Source: Chloroflexota bacterium
Lineage (GTDB): Bacteria > Chloroflexota > Anaerolineae > Anaerolineales > Villigracilaceae
Length of the DNA stretch: 64,000 bases
Reading direction: 5' to 3'
NCBI GenBank assembly: GCA_037447295.1
Contig: JBBIGZ010000009.1
Coordinates: 8,400 to 72,399, forward strand
Shown piece after piece: positions 1-7,587 of the stretch. The translations under genes were made by a program, and so were the position numbers. The notes under the pieces were generated by a model that worked only from the letters and a program-made list of their open reading frames with translations, did no database searches and had not been told where the DNA came from. Numbering within the stretch: the stretch's first letter is position 1; each line of letters begins with the position of its first letter.

Positions 1-92
1 TGTTGTTCACAGGACCCCAACACCAGGATCACCCGATCGTCCAATTGCAAATAGTTTTCCACGTCCATCCAAGACAAATCCTCAAAACGCAT
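1..92 (-). CDS. creatininase-family amidohydrolase, N-terminal 30 codons only (gene runs off the left edge)
   Basis: Open-ended ORF absent from the ORF track. ATG at 92..90 is preceded by GGAGGT at 102..97. Translation MRFEDLSWMDVENYLQLDDRVILVLGSCEQ(H) resembles the creatininase-family N-terminus ending in the G-S-x-E-Q-H metal-ligand motif. Confidence 0.5.
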   Translation of the reverse strand, partial: MRFEDLSWMDVENYLQLDDRVILVLGSCEQ

Positions 93-391
93 CGTTACCT
101 CCGAGAAAGAATGGAATAGCCTTTACCTTTCCTCCCCATCTTCCTTGGGATTACCTTTTCAACGTGTCGAACAACCCTCTAAAAGGACTCAACCCCGCGA
201 TAGTTTTCACTAAAATTTTACCATTTCCTCGCGCCATTGATTCTCGCTATGGATATGCCAAGGATTCTTCTAAAAGGATAAAAGGGACGCGGCGATCCCC
301 GAAACAGCTCTCTGCGGTAACCCACCACTAAAAAATCCCTATCATCCAACCTTTCAACATCTCTTGTTCACCATTCATCCACCGTTTCCTC

Positions 392-454
392 GCACCGTCT
401 ACCATCCACGGCCTACCGTCCACGGTCCACGGTCTACCGTCCACCGTCTACAGT
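392..454 (+). repeat. tandem heptamer array A, 9 units of CYACSGT
   Basis: Units read gcaccgt ctaccat ccacggc ctaccgt ccacggt ccacggt ctaccgt ccaccgt ctacagt, all exactly 7 nt. There is an extra ccaccgt at 379-385. The array is intergenic, 53 nt upstream of the PHP gene ATG. Confidence 0.9.
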
Positions 455-473
455 CATATAAACAACTTGCAGG

Positions 474-482
474 TGATATAAT
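474..482 (+). promoter_or_regulatory. candidate extended -10 (TGaTATAAT)
   Basis: TGaTATAAT lies 25 nt upstream of the ATG at 507, just downstream of array A. There is no convincing -35. Confidence 0.35.
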
Positions 483-506
483 TTTGTCGTCCTTTTTGAA
501 CAGCCT

Positions 507-1202
507 ATGGGATACGCTGATCTCCACATTCACAGCAACTACAGCCTTGATGGCCTTCACAGTATCTCCCAAATTCTGCGCCACGCGGCACAGGTAGAAC
601 ACCTGCGTGTGATCGCCGTGACCGATCACGACGTACTGCGTGGCTCGCTAGAATGTGCCGAGCGTGCCCCGCATTTCGGTCTGCAAGCCATTCCGGGCAT
701 GGAAGTGACCACTGCCGATGGTCACCTGCTAGCCTACTTCATCCAGAAACCCATCCCACCCAATCGGCCCCTGCTGGAAACGCTGGGGAGGATCGGCGAA
801 CAGGGTGGACTGGCGATCCTGCCACACCCGATGCGTTTTTGGTCAACGCACCGCTGGACTGCATTACGGGAAGCCCTGAACCATCCTGAAGGTCGGGCCG
901 TGCTGGTAGGGATTGAAGTGGTGGATTCGTGGGGCGAGAATCGTCATGGGCTGCGACTGGCGGCTTGGTATGGCCTGGCCTGCTTGGGCAATAGCGATGC
1001 CCATATTCTGGAGGCGATTGGACGCATCTGCAGCTATTTCCCAGGTCAGGATGCCGAGGCATTGCGTCAGGCCTTGCTCCGCATCCAAACCCAGGCACGG
1101 GTCTTTGAGCCGATCCCCATCCATGAGGTGGCTCTACGGTACCAACGCACAAAGCAACGCATTAAACAGGATCCGCCCACTCAGCCGATGCTTGGCTCAT
1201 AG
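507..1202 (+). CDS. PHP-domain metal-dependent phosphoesterase
   Basis: 231 aa. N-terminal ADLHIHSNYSLDG and later VTDHD and NSDAH histidine/aspartate motifs are typical of PHP (polymerase/histidinol phosphatase) domains. Confidence 0.8.
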   Translation: MGYADLHIHSNYSLDGLHSISQILRHAAQVEHLRVIAVTDHDVLRGSLECAERAPHFGLQAIPGMEVTTADGHLLAYFIQKPIPPNRPLLETLGRIGEQGGLAILPHPMRFWSTHRWTALREALNHPEGRAVLVGIEVVDSWGENRHGLRLAAWYGLACLGNSDAHILEAIGRICSYFPGQDAEALRQALLRIQTQARVFEPIPIHEVALRYQRTKQRIKQDPPTQPMLGS

Positions 1203-1206
1203 ACCC

Positions 1207-3075
1207 ATGCAACCTTCCGAGCATTTGCAAACTCTATTGGCTGCTCTTCCCACCCGCCCCGGTTGCTATCTGATGAAGAACGCGGCCGGTGAGATCATTT
1301 ACGTGGGAAAAGCGGTCAACTTGCGCAACCGCGTACGCTCGTATTTCCACGCCGAAAGCGGCCAAACGCCGAAGACACGGCGCATGGTGCGCGAGATAGC
1401 CGATATCGAGTGGATCGTGGTCGAAAGCGAACTTGAGGCGCTGCTGCTGGAGATGAACCTGATCAAAAAGCACCGCCCCAAATACAACGTGCGCCTCAAG
1501 GATGACAAACGCTACCCGTATATCAAAGTGCACTGGGCCGATCCGTTCCCCAAAGTCACCGTAACGCGACAAATGATCAACGACGGTTCGCGCTATTTCG
1601 GACCTTATGCTTCGGCCTGGGCCGTACACCAAACCTTGGACGTGCTGCGACGCATTTTCCCCTATCTAACCTGTGATCGCCCAATTACAGGTCACGATCC
1701 CCGACCTTGCCTTTATTTTGACATCAAACTCTGTGCCGGCCCATGCATCGGTGCCATCGACCAGGCCGGTTACCGCCAGATGATCGCTGATCTGATGAAC
1801 TTCCTCAACGGACGCGGCGAGCAAATCTTGGAACGCCTGCAAAAGGAGATGGAACAAGCCGCGGAAGAACTGCGCTTTGAAAAAGCCGCTCGTTTGCGGG
1901 ATCAAATTCAGGCCATTCACGCTGTGATCGAAAAACAGAAAATCGCCTTCGGCCAGGAGATGGCCGATTCGGATATCCTGGCCATGGCGCGCAGCGATGG
2001 CGAAGCCTGTGTCCAGGTCTTCTTCATTCGCGGCGGAAAGCTCATCGGACGGGAATATTTCGTGCTCGAAAACACCGCCGAAAGTGAAGATGCCGAGATC
2101 GTGGCTCAGTTCCTTAAGCAATTCTATTCCGAGGCAGCCAATGTCCCTGAGCAGGTGATGCTGCCACAGGAGATTGAAGAGGCACAGATCATTTCTCAGT
2201 GGTTACGCTCGCGGCGAGGTGGCGAAAAGGTAGAGATCATGGTGCCGCGGCAGGGTCAGGCACAGGAGCTTTTACAGCTTGCGCTGGAAAATGCCCGTGA
2301 AACGCTGAACGTGCTGCGCGCCCGCTGGCAAGCGGATACACATCGCCAGGAAGAAGCGCTGGCCGAGCTACAGCAAGCCCTTTCCCTGCCGCGTCCGCCG
2401 AATCGCATTGAATGCTACGATATCTCGAATACGCAGGGGATGGCGATCGTCGGTGCGATGGTAGTTTTTGAGCAAGGGGTACCGAACAAAGCGCTCTATC
2501 GGCGATTCAATATCGAAAGCGTAAGCGGCCTGCCGGATGATTTCGCCTCGATGGAGGAAATGCTCACCCGACGCTTCCGCCGCTGGCAAGCAGCACAAGA
2601 GACGTCCTCCCAACCCGGTGCAAAAATAGACCACGCCTTCGCCGTCCTGCCTGATTTGATCGTGATCGATGGCGGAAAGGGGCAACTGGGGCGGGCCGTG
2701 CAAGTCTTGCAATCGTTTGGGCTTTATGGAAAAATCCCCTTGATCGCCTTGGCCAAACAGCAAGAGGAGATCTTTTTCCCGGAGCGGAGTGAGAGTCTGC
2801 TTTTGCCACGCACATCACCGGCGCTCTATCTTTTGCAACGCATCCGTGACGAAGCGCACCGCTTCGGCCTGACAGCCCATCGTCAACGGCGCACCAAACT
2901 CGGCCTGACATCGCAGTTGGAGAGTATCCCTGGCATCGGGCCGGCGCGTCGTAAAGCGCTCTTGCGCCATTTCGGCTCCATCGAAGCCATTCGCCGTGCC
3001 TCGGTGGAGGAACTGGCCGCCGTGCCGGGCATGACACGCACTGCGGCAGAGCAAGTCAAAGCGCATTTGGAATAG
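1207..3075 (+). CDS. uvrC: excinuclease ABC subunit C
   Basis: 622 aa from the ATG at 1207. GIY-YIG start (GCYLMKNAAGEIIYVGKAVNLRNRVRSYF), a UVR domain (ELRFEKAARLRDQIQAI) and a C-terminal (HhH)2 (IPGIGPARRKALLRHFGS). The track ORF from 913 is an upstream extension overlapping the PHP gene. Confidence 0.95.
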   Translation: MQPSEHLQTLLAALPTRPGCYLMKNAAGEIIYVGKAVNLRNRVRSYFHAESGQTPKTRRMVREIADIEWIVVESELEALLLEMNLIKKHRPKYNVRLKDDKRYPYIKVHWADPFPKVTVTRQMINDGSRYFGPYASAWAVHQTLDVLRRIFPYLTCDRPITGHDPRPCLYFDIKLCAGPCIGAIDQAGYRQMIADLMNFLNGRGEQILERLQKEMEQAAEELRFEKAARLRDQIQAIHAVIEKQKIAFGQEMADSDILAMARSDGEACVQVFFIRGGKLIGREYFVLENTAESEDAEIVAQFLKQFYSEAANVPEQVMLPQEIEEAQIISQWLRSRRGGEKVEIMVPRQGQAQELLQLALENARETLNVLRARWQADTHRQEEALAELQQALSLPRPPNRIECYDISNTQGMAIVGAMVVFEQGVPNKALYRRFNIESVSGLPDDFASMEEMLTRRFRRWQAAQETSSQPGAKIDHAFAVLPDLIVIDGGKGQLGRAVQVLQSFGLYGKIPLIALAKQQEEIFFPERSESLLLPRTSPALYLLQRIRDEAHRFGLTAHRQRRTKLGLTSQLESIPGIGPARRKALLRHFGSIEAIRRASVEELAAVPGMTRTAAEQVKAHLE

Positions 3076-3107
3076 ACGGTGGACCGTGGACGATAGATCG
3101 TGGAGCA
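3073..3107 (-). repeat. tandem heptamer array B, 5 units, inverted orientation
   Basis: Units read tagacgg tggaccg tggacga tagatcg tggagca, the reverse complement of CYACSGT-type units. The first unit contains the uvrC TAG stop. Confidence 0.85.
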
Positions 3108-3230
3108 TACATCCTTGCTTTAGCCCAGTCCCACCGCCCTCCTGCCTTCTGACCCGCCGATCGTAAACTGTGGAGGGTGAATCGTTGGCAAACCTCCTGC
3201 TCTGATCACCCAACGATTATCCTTTCCCGA

Positions 3231-3236
3231 TAGGAT
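3231..3236 (+). promoter_or_regulatory. candidate -10 (TAGGAT) in leaderless geometry
   Basis: TAGGAT, then 6 nt (gtcttg), then the ATG at 3243. There is no Shine-Dalgarno in the gap. Confidence 0.35.
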
Positions 3237-3242
3237 GTCTTG

Positions 3243-4772
3243 ATGTCGCTTCCTTCCAATCCTTTGCACTATTTGCGCCGCCCTTCCTGGCCCTTTTGGG
3301 TGTTCCTCCTTGGGCTTACTTTCTGGTTCCTGGGGGAAATGATACTCTCAATCCACTGGCGAATTGCCCATGATCAGGCACCGCTATTTTATGAAGCCTA
3401 TCTGATGCGCTCACAAGGATACCTACCCTATCGCGATTTCTTCGATTTCCAGATGCCCGGTACCTATCTGTGCTATTATCTTTTGGGATGGGTGAGCGGT
3501 TTTAGCGATCTCCGCATTCGTATATTGGACTTGGGGTTACTCTTGACATTGCTGGGGATCACCTTTTTTATCCTGAGACCCTTTGGGTTGCGAAGCGCGT
3601 GGTTGGCCTCTGTTCTTTTTGGGCTGAACTACCTACAGGGAGGCCCCTCGATGGCTCTGCAACGCGAATATCTCATGTTGCTCCCTGTAGCGATAGCAAT
3701 ATGGATGTTTGGAGAAGAAAATATCCCTCTCCCCTGGCGGGCCTTCCTGGCAGGAGCAGGTTTTGGTTTGGCAGCAACGATCAAACCCCATGCGGCTATC
3801 GGTTTACCGGCTATCCTGCTAGGGGAATTATTCCTGGTCGGTTTCTCCACCTGGTATCGTATTCTATTACCGGTAGCGGCAGGCTTTTCCCTCCCGATCC
3901 TAATTATGGTAGGGTGGCTGGGTCTAAGCGGCACATGGTCATCCTTTTGGGAGATCACGCGTTATTACTGGCCGCTTTATGCTCGAATCAATGGGGAGAT
4001 GAGGGTAATCCACGGGAAAGAACGCTGGTTGTTCATTCTGCAACAATTGCTACGCCTAGGCGGAAATGGCATCTGGTTTCTTCCTGCTTCTCTTGGGGTG
4101 GTGTTTTCCTGGAAGAGATCGCAATTTTCGTCCAGCCTTTCTCGGCGGCTAGTATCGTTAATCGCGCTGTTACCAGCCTATGCCATCTATCCAGCTTTTT
4201 CCGGTCAGTTTTTCGATTATCACTGGCTGCCATTTGTATATGTGGCGGTGTTGCTGGCCGCGCTGGCGATGGAGGAAAAGTCATCCTATCAGCAATATAT
4301 AGGATTGTTTGTGCTTTGCCTGGCCGTGGCGATCGATTTGCGTCCACCTGCAGTCGTGCTTCGTCAGCTAGAGGGAAAGTCTATTGCCCCTTTGGGTGGC
4401 CGCGTTGATCGTCTGGCCGGCTTTCTGGAGGCTCGCTTGAAACCCGGCGATACCGTTCAGCCTCTTGATTGGACCGGTGGTACCTTGCACGCTATGTTAA
4501 TTGCGCGAGCGCGTCTGGCCACTCCGTTCGTGTTCGATTTTTACTTTTACCATCACGTTTCCAATCCATACATTCAATCGTTGCGCCGCCGCTTTTTAGA
4601 TTCTCTACAGAGCCATCTGCCTCGCTTCATCATTGAAATTACAGCCGAAGATAAGCCCTGGGTCTCGGGAACTGACACCAGTCGGGACTTCCCCGAATTG
4701 CGCGCGTTTCTTCGCGCTCACTATCGGATTCTCCAGCAAAAGGAAGACTATGTGATCTATGAGCTTCGCTAA
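3243..4772 (+). CDS. polytopic membrane protein, probable GT-C (ArnT/PMT-like) glycosyltransferase
   Basis: About 509 aa with roughly 10 hydrophobic segments followed by a soluble C-terminal domain of about 140 aa. The overall layout resembles GT-C glycosyltransferases. The family call is by resemblance only. Confidence 0.55.
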   Translation: MSLPSNPLHYLRRPSWPFWVFLLGLTFWFLGEMILSIHWRIAHDQAPLFYEAYLMRSQGYLPYRDFFDFQMPGTYLCYYLLGWVSGFSDLRIRILDLGLLLTLLGITFFILRPFGLRSAWLASVLFGLNYLQGGPSMALQREYLMLLPVAIAIWMFGEENIPLPWRAFLAGAGFGLAATIKPHAAIGLPAILLGELFLVGFSTWYRILLPVAAGFSLPILIMVGWLGLSGTWSSFWEITRYYWPLYARINGEMRVIHGKERWLFILQQLLRLGGNGIWFLPASLGVVFSWKRSQFSSSLSRRLVSLIALLPAYAIYPAFSGQFFDYHWLPFVYVAVLLAALAMEEKSSYQQYIGLFVLCLAVAIDLRPPAVVLRQLEGKSIAPLGGRVDRLAGFLEARLKPGDTVQPLDWTGGTLHAMLIARARLATPFVFDFYFYHHVSNPYIQSLRRRFLDSLQSHLPRFIIEITAEDKPWVSGTDTSRDFPELRAFLRAHYRILQQKEDYVIYELR

Positions 4773-6282
4773 ACGGGCTACCTATCGAGTTGTCATTTCT
4801 TCTGCGCTTTTGTGGCATCTGGCATGGGTTTATCTGCTGTTGCCCTTAGCATTTTTCGCTTTGGGGTGGTTACGTCCAGCGATAGGGTTGGGCCTTATAC
4901 TGCTCCTCTTGGGAAGCATGGTTGCTTTATGGCGCAATGCCCCCAAGAGTGGCCTGGAAACAAACCTTGGGGATGTGGTAGTAGGTATCCTGCTACTGGG
5001 GCTATGGGTGCTACTAAGCGGCATTGGCGGATATACCTTTCAGAATTGGGATCATCACTGGCGCAATGCTATCTTCCACGATCTGCTACATTACTCCTGG
5101 CCGGTCAATTACAATCCTGTAAAAAGCGGCGCAAAAATGCTTGTCTATTACATCGGGTATTGGCTGCCGGCTGCATGGGTGGGCAAATTGGTTGGCTTGA
5201 AAGCGGCAAACGCTGCTCTTTTCTTCTGGACATGGCTTGGCGTGTTCTTGATTGGAGCCCTTCTCAGTTGGCGATGGCGCCGCCCTTTATGGAAAACTGC
5301 TCTCTATCTCATCTTCTTCAGCGGCATGGATGCTCTGGGTGTTCTTTTGATTTCCAAAGAAGCGTATCCCTCTCTCTGGCCCCCGATCCAGCATCTAGAG
5401 ATCTGGGCCGGCGATTTGCAATATTCTTCCTTCACCACGGCCCTCTTTTGGGTTTTTAATCAAGCGGTTCCGGCCTGGCTCTGCCTAACCCTTCTGTTGA
5501 CACATCCCGGGACCACGCACCTCTTTTTGCTATGGGCTTTGACTCTGTTCTTTGCTCCCTTTCCGGCCGTCGGCCTGCTCCCTTTTCTCCCGCTTGAAAT
5601 TTGGGAACAGGTCCGGCGTGCCGGGCGCTTTTCGCCGCGCCACCTGTTCTCCTTCGTGACCCTTCCTAACCTAAGTGGGGTAGGTCTCGCTTTCGTTGCC
5701 CTGCTCTACTTCTCGGCAAACACGGCCGCCCAGAACCGTGTCGTTCAGGCAATTCCTCCACTTATCCTGCTCCCTTTTTTCTTCCTGGAAGGTGGAGCAA
5801 TTTGGATGATCCTAGGATGGTCACAGCGTCACGATCCTCGTTGGTACCTGATGGGGTTTTTGCTCCTCATATTCCCCTTTTTTCAGGTAGGCAATGGACG
5901 TGATTTTGTTATGCGCGCCTCCATTCCTGCCCTGTTTTACTTGATGCTCTGGACAGGTGATGCGCTTGCTTCGAGATCTTTCCCGCGATTCCTCCGTATT
6001 AGCTTGATCGTGCTTCTCCTCATCGGTGCCCTCACTCCACTTTACGAGATCAATCGCTCGCTCTATCGCACTCTCTCCTATTATTTATCTCCACAACAGA
6101 TCAGGATAGAACCCACACCGGTTGACAAACTGGTGCTCGATGTTCCCCCGGAGGAGGATCACCCCGGCACTCTAACCGCCGATCGCCTCCGATCACTAGC
6201 GAATGTGCGCGGCAAGCTGGCCAATAACTTCATTGCCGACGCTCGAAAATCTTTCTTCTATCGTTTCCTGGCACGGCATTGA
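4759..6282 (+). CDS. polytopic integral membrane protein (function unknown; possibly glycan polymerase or transferase)
   Basis: 507 aa with more than 12 hydrophobic segments. It overlaps the upstream gene by 14 nt. I recognised no diagnostic motif. Confidence 0.6.
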   Translation: MSFAKRATYRVVISSALLWHLAWVYLLLPLAFFALGWLRPAIGLGLILLLLGSMVALWRNAPKSGLETNLGDVVVGILLLGLWVLLSGIGGYTFQNWDHHWRNAIFHDLLHYSWPVNYNPVKSGAKMLVYYIGYWLPAAWVGKLVGLKAANAALFFWTWLGVFLIGALLSWRWRRPLWKTALYLIFFSGMDALGVLLISKEAYPSLWPPIQHLEIWAGDLQYSSFTTALFWVFNQAVPAWLCLTLLLTHPGTTHLFLLWALTLFFAPFPAVGLLPFLPLEIWEQVRRAGRFSPRHLFSFVTLPNLSGVGLAFVALLYFSANTAAQNRVVQAIPPLILLPFFFLEGGAIWMILGWSQRHDPRWYLMGFLLLIFPFFQVGNGRDFVMRASIPALFYLMLWTGDALASRSFPRFLRISLIVLLLIGALTPLYEINRSLYRTLSYYLSPQQIRIEPTPVDKLVLDVPPEEDHPGTLTADRLRSLANVRGKLANNFIADARKSFFYRFLARH

Positions 6283-6390
6283 CAGAGAATTGCCCTCCTT
6301 CGCCTCAAGAACCGAGGCGCTGCGCCCAACTGCACCATTTTGCAGCAACGTGAGAACATGGGCAAGCCGATGCATTAGCGTGCTGAAACC

Positions 6391-6419
6391 TTGTCAGAAT
6401 CGGCGGGCATGGCTATAAT
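6391..6419 (+). promoter_or_regulatory. sigma-70-type promoter of tRNA-Pro
   Basis: TTGTCA (6391-6396), a 17-nt spacer, then TATAAT (6414-6419). The predicted TSS near 6426 is about 11 nt upstream of the tRNA 5' end. Confidence 0.6.
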
Positions 6420-6436
6420 GAGCATACCTTCGAGGA

Positions 6437-6511
6437 CGGGGCATGGCGCAGCCCGGCTAGCGCGCTTGCATGGGGTGCAAGAGGTCCTGGGTTCAAATCC
6501 CAGTGCCCCGA
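6437..6511 (+). tRNA. tRNA-Pro (anticodon GGG)
   Basis: Hand-folded cloverleaf. Acceptor CGGGGCA/TGCCCCG, D arm GCGC-AGCCCGGCTA-GCGC, anticodon arm CTTGC-ATGGGGT-GCAAG, variable loop AGGTC, T arm CTGGG-TTCAAAT-CCCAG, discriminator A. CCA is not encoded. Confidence 0.9.
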
Positions 6512-6519
6512 CAAGAGTC

Positions 6520-6543
6520 GCCGCCTCAGTGGCGGCTTTTTTA
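6520..6543 (+). terminator. intrinsic terminator after tRNA-Pro
   Basis: GCCGCC-tcagt-GGCGGC stem-loop followed by a run of six T. Confidence 0.7.
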
Positions 6544-6565
6544 TCTTTTGACCCATGGAGGTTCT

Positions 6566-6964
6566 ATGCAAGAAGAGATCATGTACGAGGGTGAGGAGTT
6601 GATTGAGATCGTAGAAGAAACCCGCGCCAGCCTTTCCTCGATCATCAGTCTGGTGGCAGGCATCCTTTCCATGGCCCCCTATTTCTTCATGGTGGCAGTG
6701 ATCCTAGGCATTGTGCGCAGCTGGTCCTACCCTCGTTCCTTCCTCTCATCCGAGCCCTTCCTCTACTACCTGCTCTTCAGCGGCATGCTCTTTGGCCTGA
6801 TCGGGGTGATCTACGGCACCCTGGCAGCGCGCAATGTATTTGTGGGCGAAGCCGGTGATAAGAGCGTGGTACTCCTGGCGATCGGTGTGGCCTTGAGCCT
6901 GCTGGGTGCGATTGCCAACATCCAATTCGCCTTGGGACTCTACATCAAGATCATGACCGGCTAA
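6566..6964 (+). CDS. small hypothetical membrane protein
   Basis: 132 aa from the ATG at 6566, with GGAG at 6557-6560. Three to four hydrophobic segments. The track start at 6470 would overlap the tRNA and its terminator. Confidence 0.6.
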   Translation: MQEEIMYEGEELIEIVEETRASLSSIISLVAGILSMAPYFFMVAVILGIVRSWSYPRSFLSSEPFLYYLLFSGMLFGLIGVIYGTLAARNVFVGEAGDKSVVLLAIGVALSLLGAIANIQFALGLYIKIMTG

Positions 6965-6990
6965 TACGGTCCCGTTGTATCTCTTTCGGA

Positions 6991-7037
6991 CGCTACAGAC
7001 CGATGGAAAACCCATCCGACTCTGTGGCGTTTTTTTT
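6991..7037 (+). terminator. intrinsic terminator
   Basis: CGCTACAG (6991-6998) pairs with CTGTGGCG (7022-7029), with an inner CGATGG/CCAT(C)CG extension, followed by eight T (7030-7037). Confidence 0.7.
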
Positions 7038-7042
7038 ATCCT

Positions 7043-7129
7043 CCACCGCCCATGGTCTACTGTTTATCACCGTCCACGGTCTACCGTCCACATCTACCAG
7101 TCCACCGTCTATGGCCCACGGTCTACACC
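7043..7129 (+). repeat. tandem heptamer array C, about 12 degenerate units
   Basis: Units read ccaccgc ccatggt ctactgt ... tcaccgt ccacggt ctaccgt ccacat ctaccag t ccaccgt ctatggc ccacggt ctacacc. The array is intergenic and ends 54 nt before the SCP2 gene ATG. Confidence 0.85.
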
Positions 7130-7141
7130 CCAGGCACGCGG

Positions 7142-7147
7142 TATAAT
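7142..7147 (+). promoter_or_regulatory. candidate -10 (TATAAT)
   Basis: TATAAT lies 12 nt after array C and 36 nt before the ATG at 7183, which has AGGAG at 7171-7175. Confidence 0.3.
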
Positions 7148-7182
7148 CCATTTGCCTTTTGATTCCACCCAGGAGCATCACA

Positions 7183-7587
7183 ATGAGTGCCATTTTCCCC
7201 TCTGCCGAATGGTTAAAAGCCTTGGAAGAAAAATTGAACAGCGATGAGCGTTATGCTCAGGTCGCCCACAACTGGGAAGGTGATCTGCTTTTCATTATCC
7301 AACCACAGGGCAAATTAACCGAAGAGGTACGCATGTATCTCGATCTCTGGCATGGCAAATGCCGCGGCACGGAGATGATGCCTCCTCCCGATCGCCAGGC
7401 CGCTTTCGTCCTCAGCGCGCCCTATGAGCATTTCGTTAGCATTCTGCAAGGGCGACTCGACCCGATGACGGCGATGATGACCAGCAAGCTGAAGGTGCGC
7501 GGCAGTATGGCCTATATGATGCGCCACGTGCCCACGGTGCTGGATTTTGTCCGCTGTTGCCGCGAGATCACCCAGGAGATCCTCTGA
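7183..7587 (+). CDS. SCP2 (sterol carrier protein 2-like) domain protein
   Basis: 134 aa. FPSAEWLKALEEKLNSDERY near the N-terminus and a C-terminal MMTSKLKVRGSMAYMMRH resemble the SCP2 fold signature. AGGAG ribosome-binding site. Confidence 0.65.
   Translation: MSAIFPSAEWLKALEEKLNSDERYAQVAHNWEGDLLFIIQPQGKLTEEVRMYLDLWHGKCRGTEMMPPPDRQAAFVLSAPYEHFVSILQGRLDPMTAMMTSKLKVRGSMAYMMRHVPTVLDFVRCCREITQEIL

Noticed and set aside
364-597. ORFs encoding STVHGPRSTVY-like peptides (364-597, 6975-7247, 27795-28052, 50064-50411, and the N-terminal extension of 41438-42160) as a repeated-peptide protein family
   Set aside because: They are translations of the 7-nt tandem arrays. A period of 7 is not a multiple of 3, so the apparent peptide repeat cycles through the reading frames. 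None has a ribosome-binding site, and several run into better-supported genes.
913-1206. N-terminal extension of uvrC starting at 913
   Set aside because: It would overlap the PHP gene by 290 nt and translates to an Arg/Trp/Cys-rich peptide. The GIY-YIG domain begins right after the ATG at 1207.
6470-6565. Start of the 164-aa ORF at 6470
   Set aside because: It would read through the tRNA-Pro gene and its terminator. An ATG at 6566 with a GGAG site gives a coherent small membrane protein.
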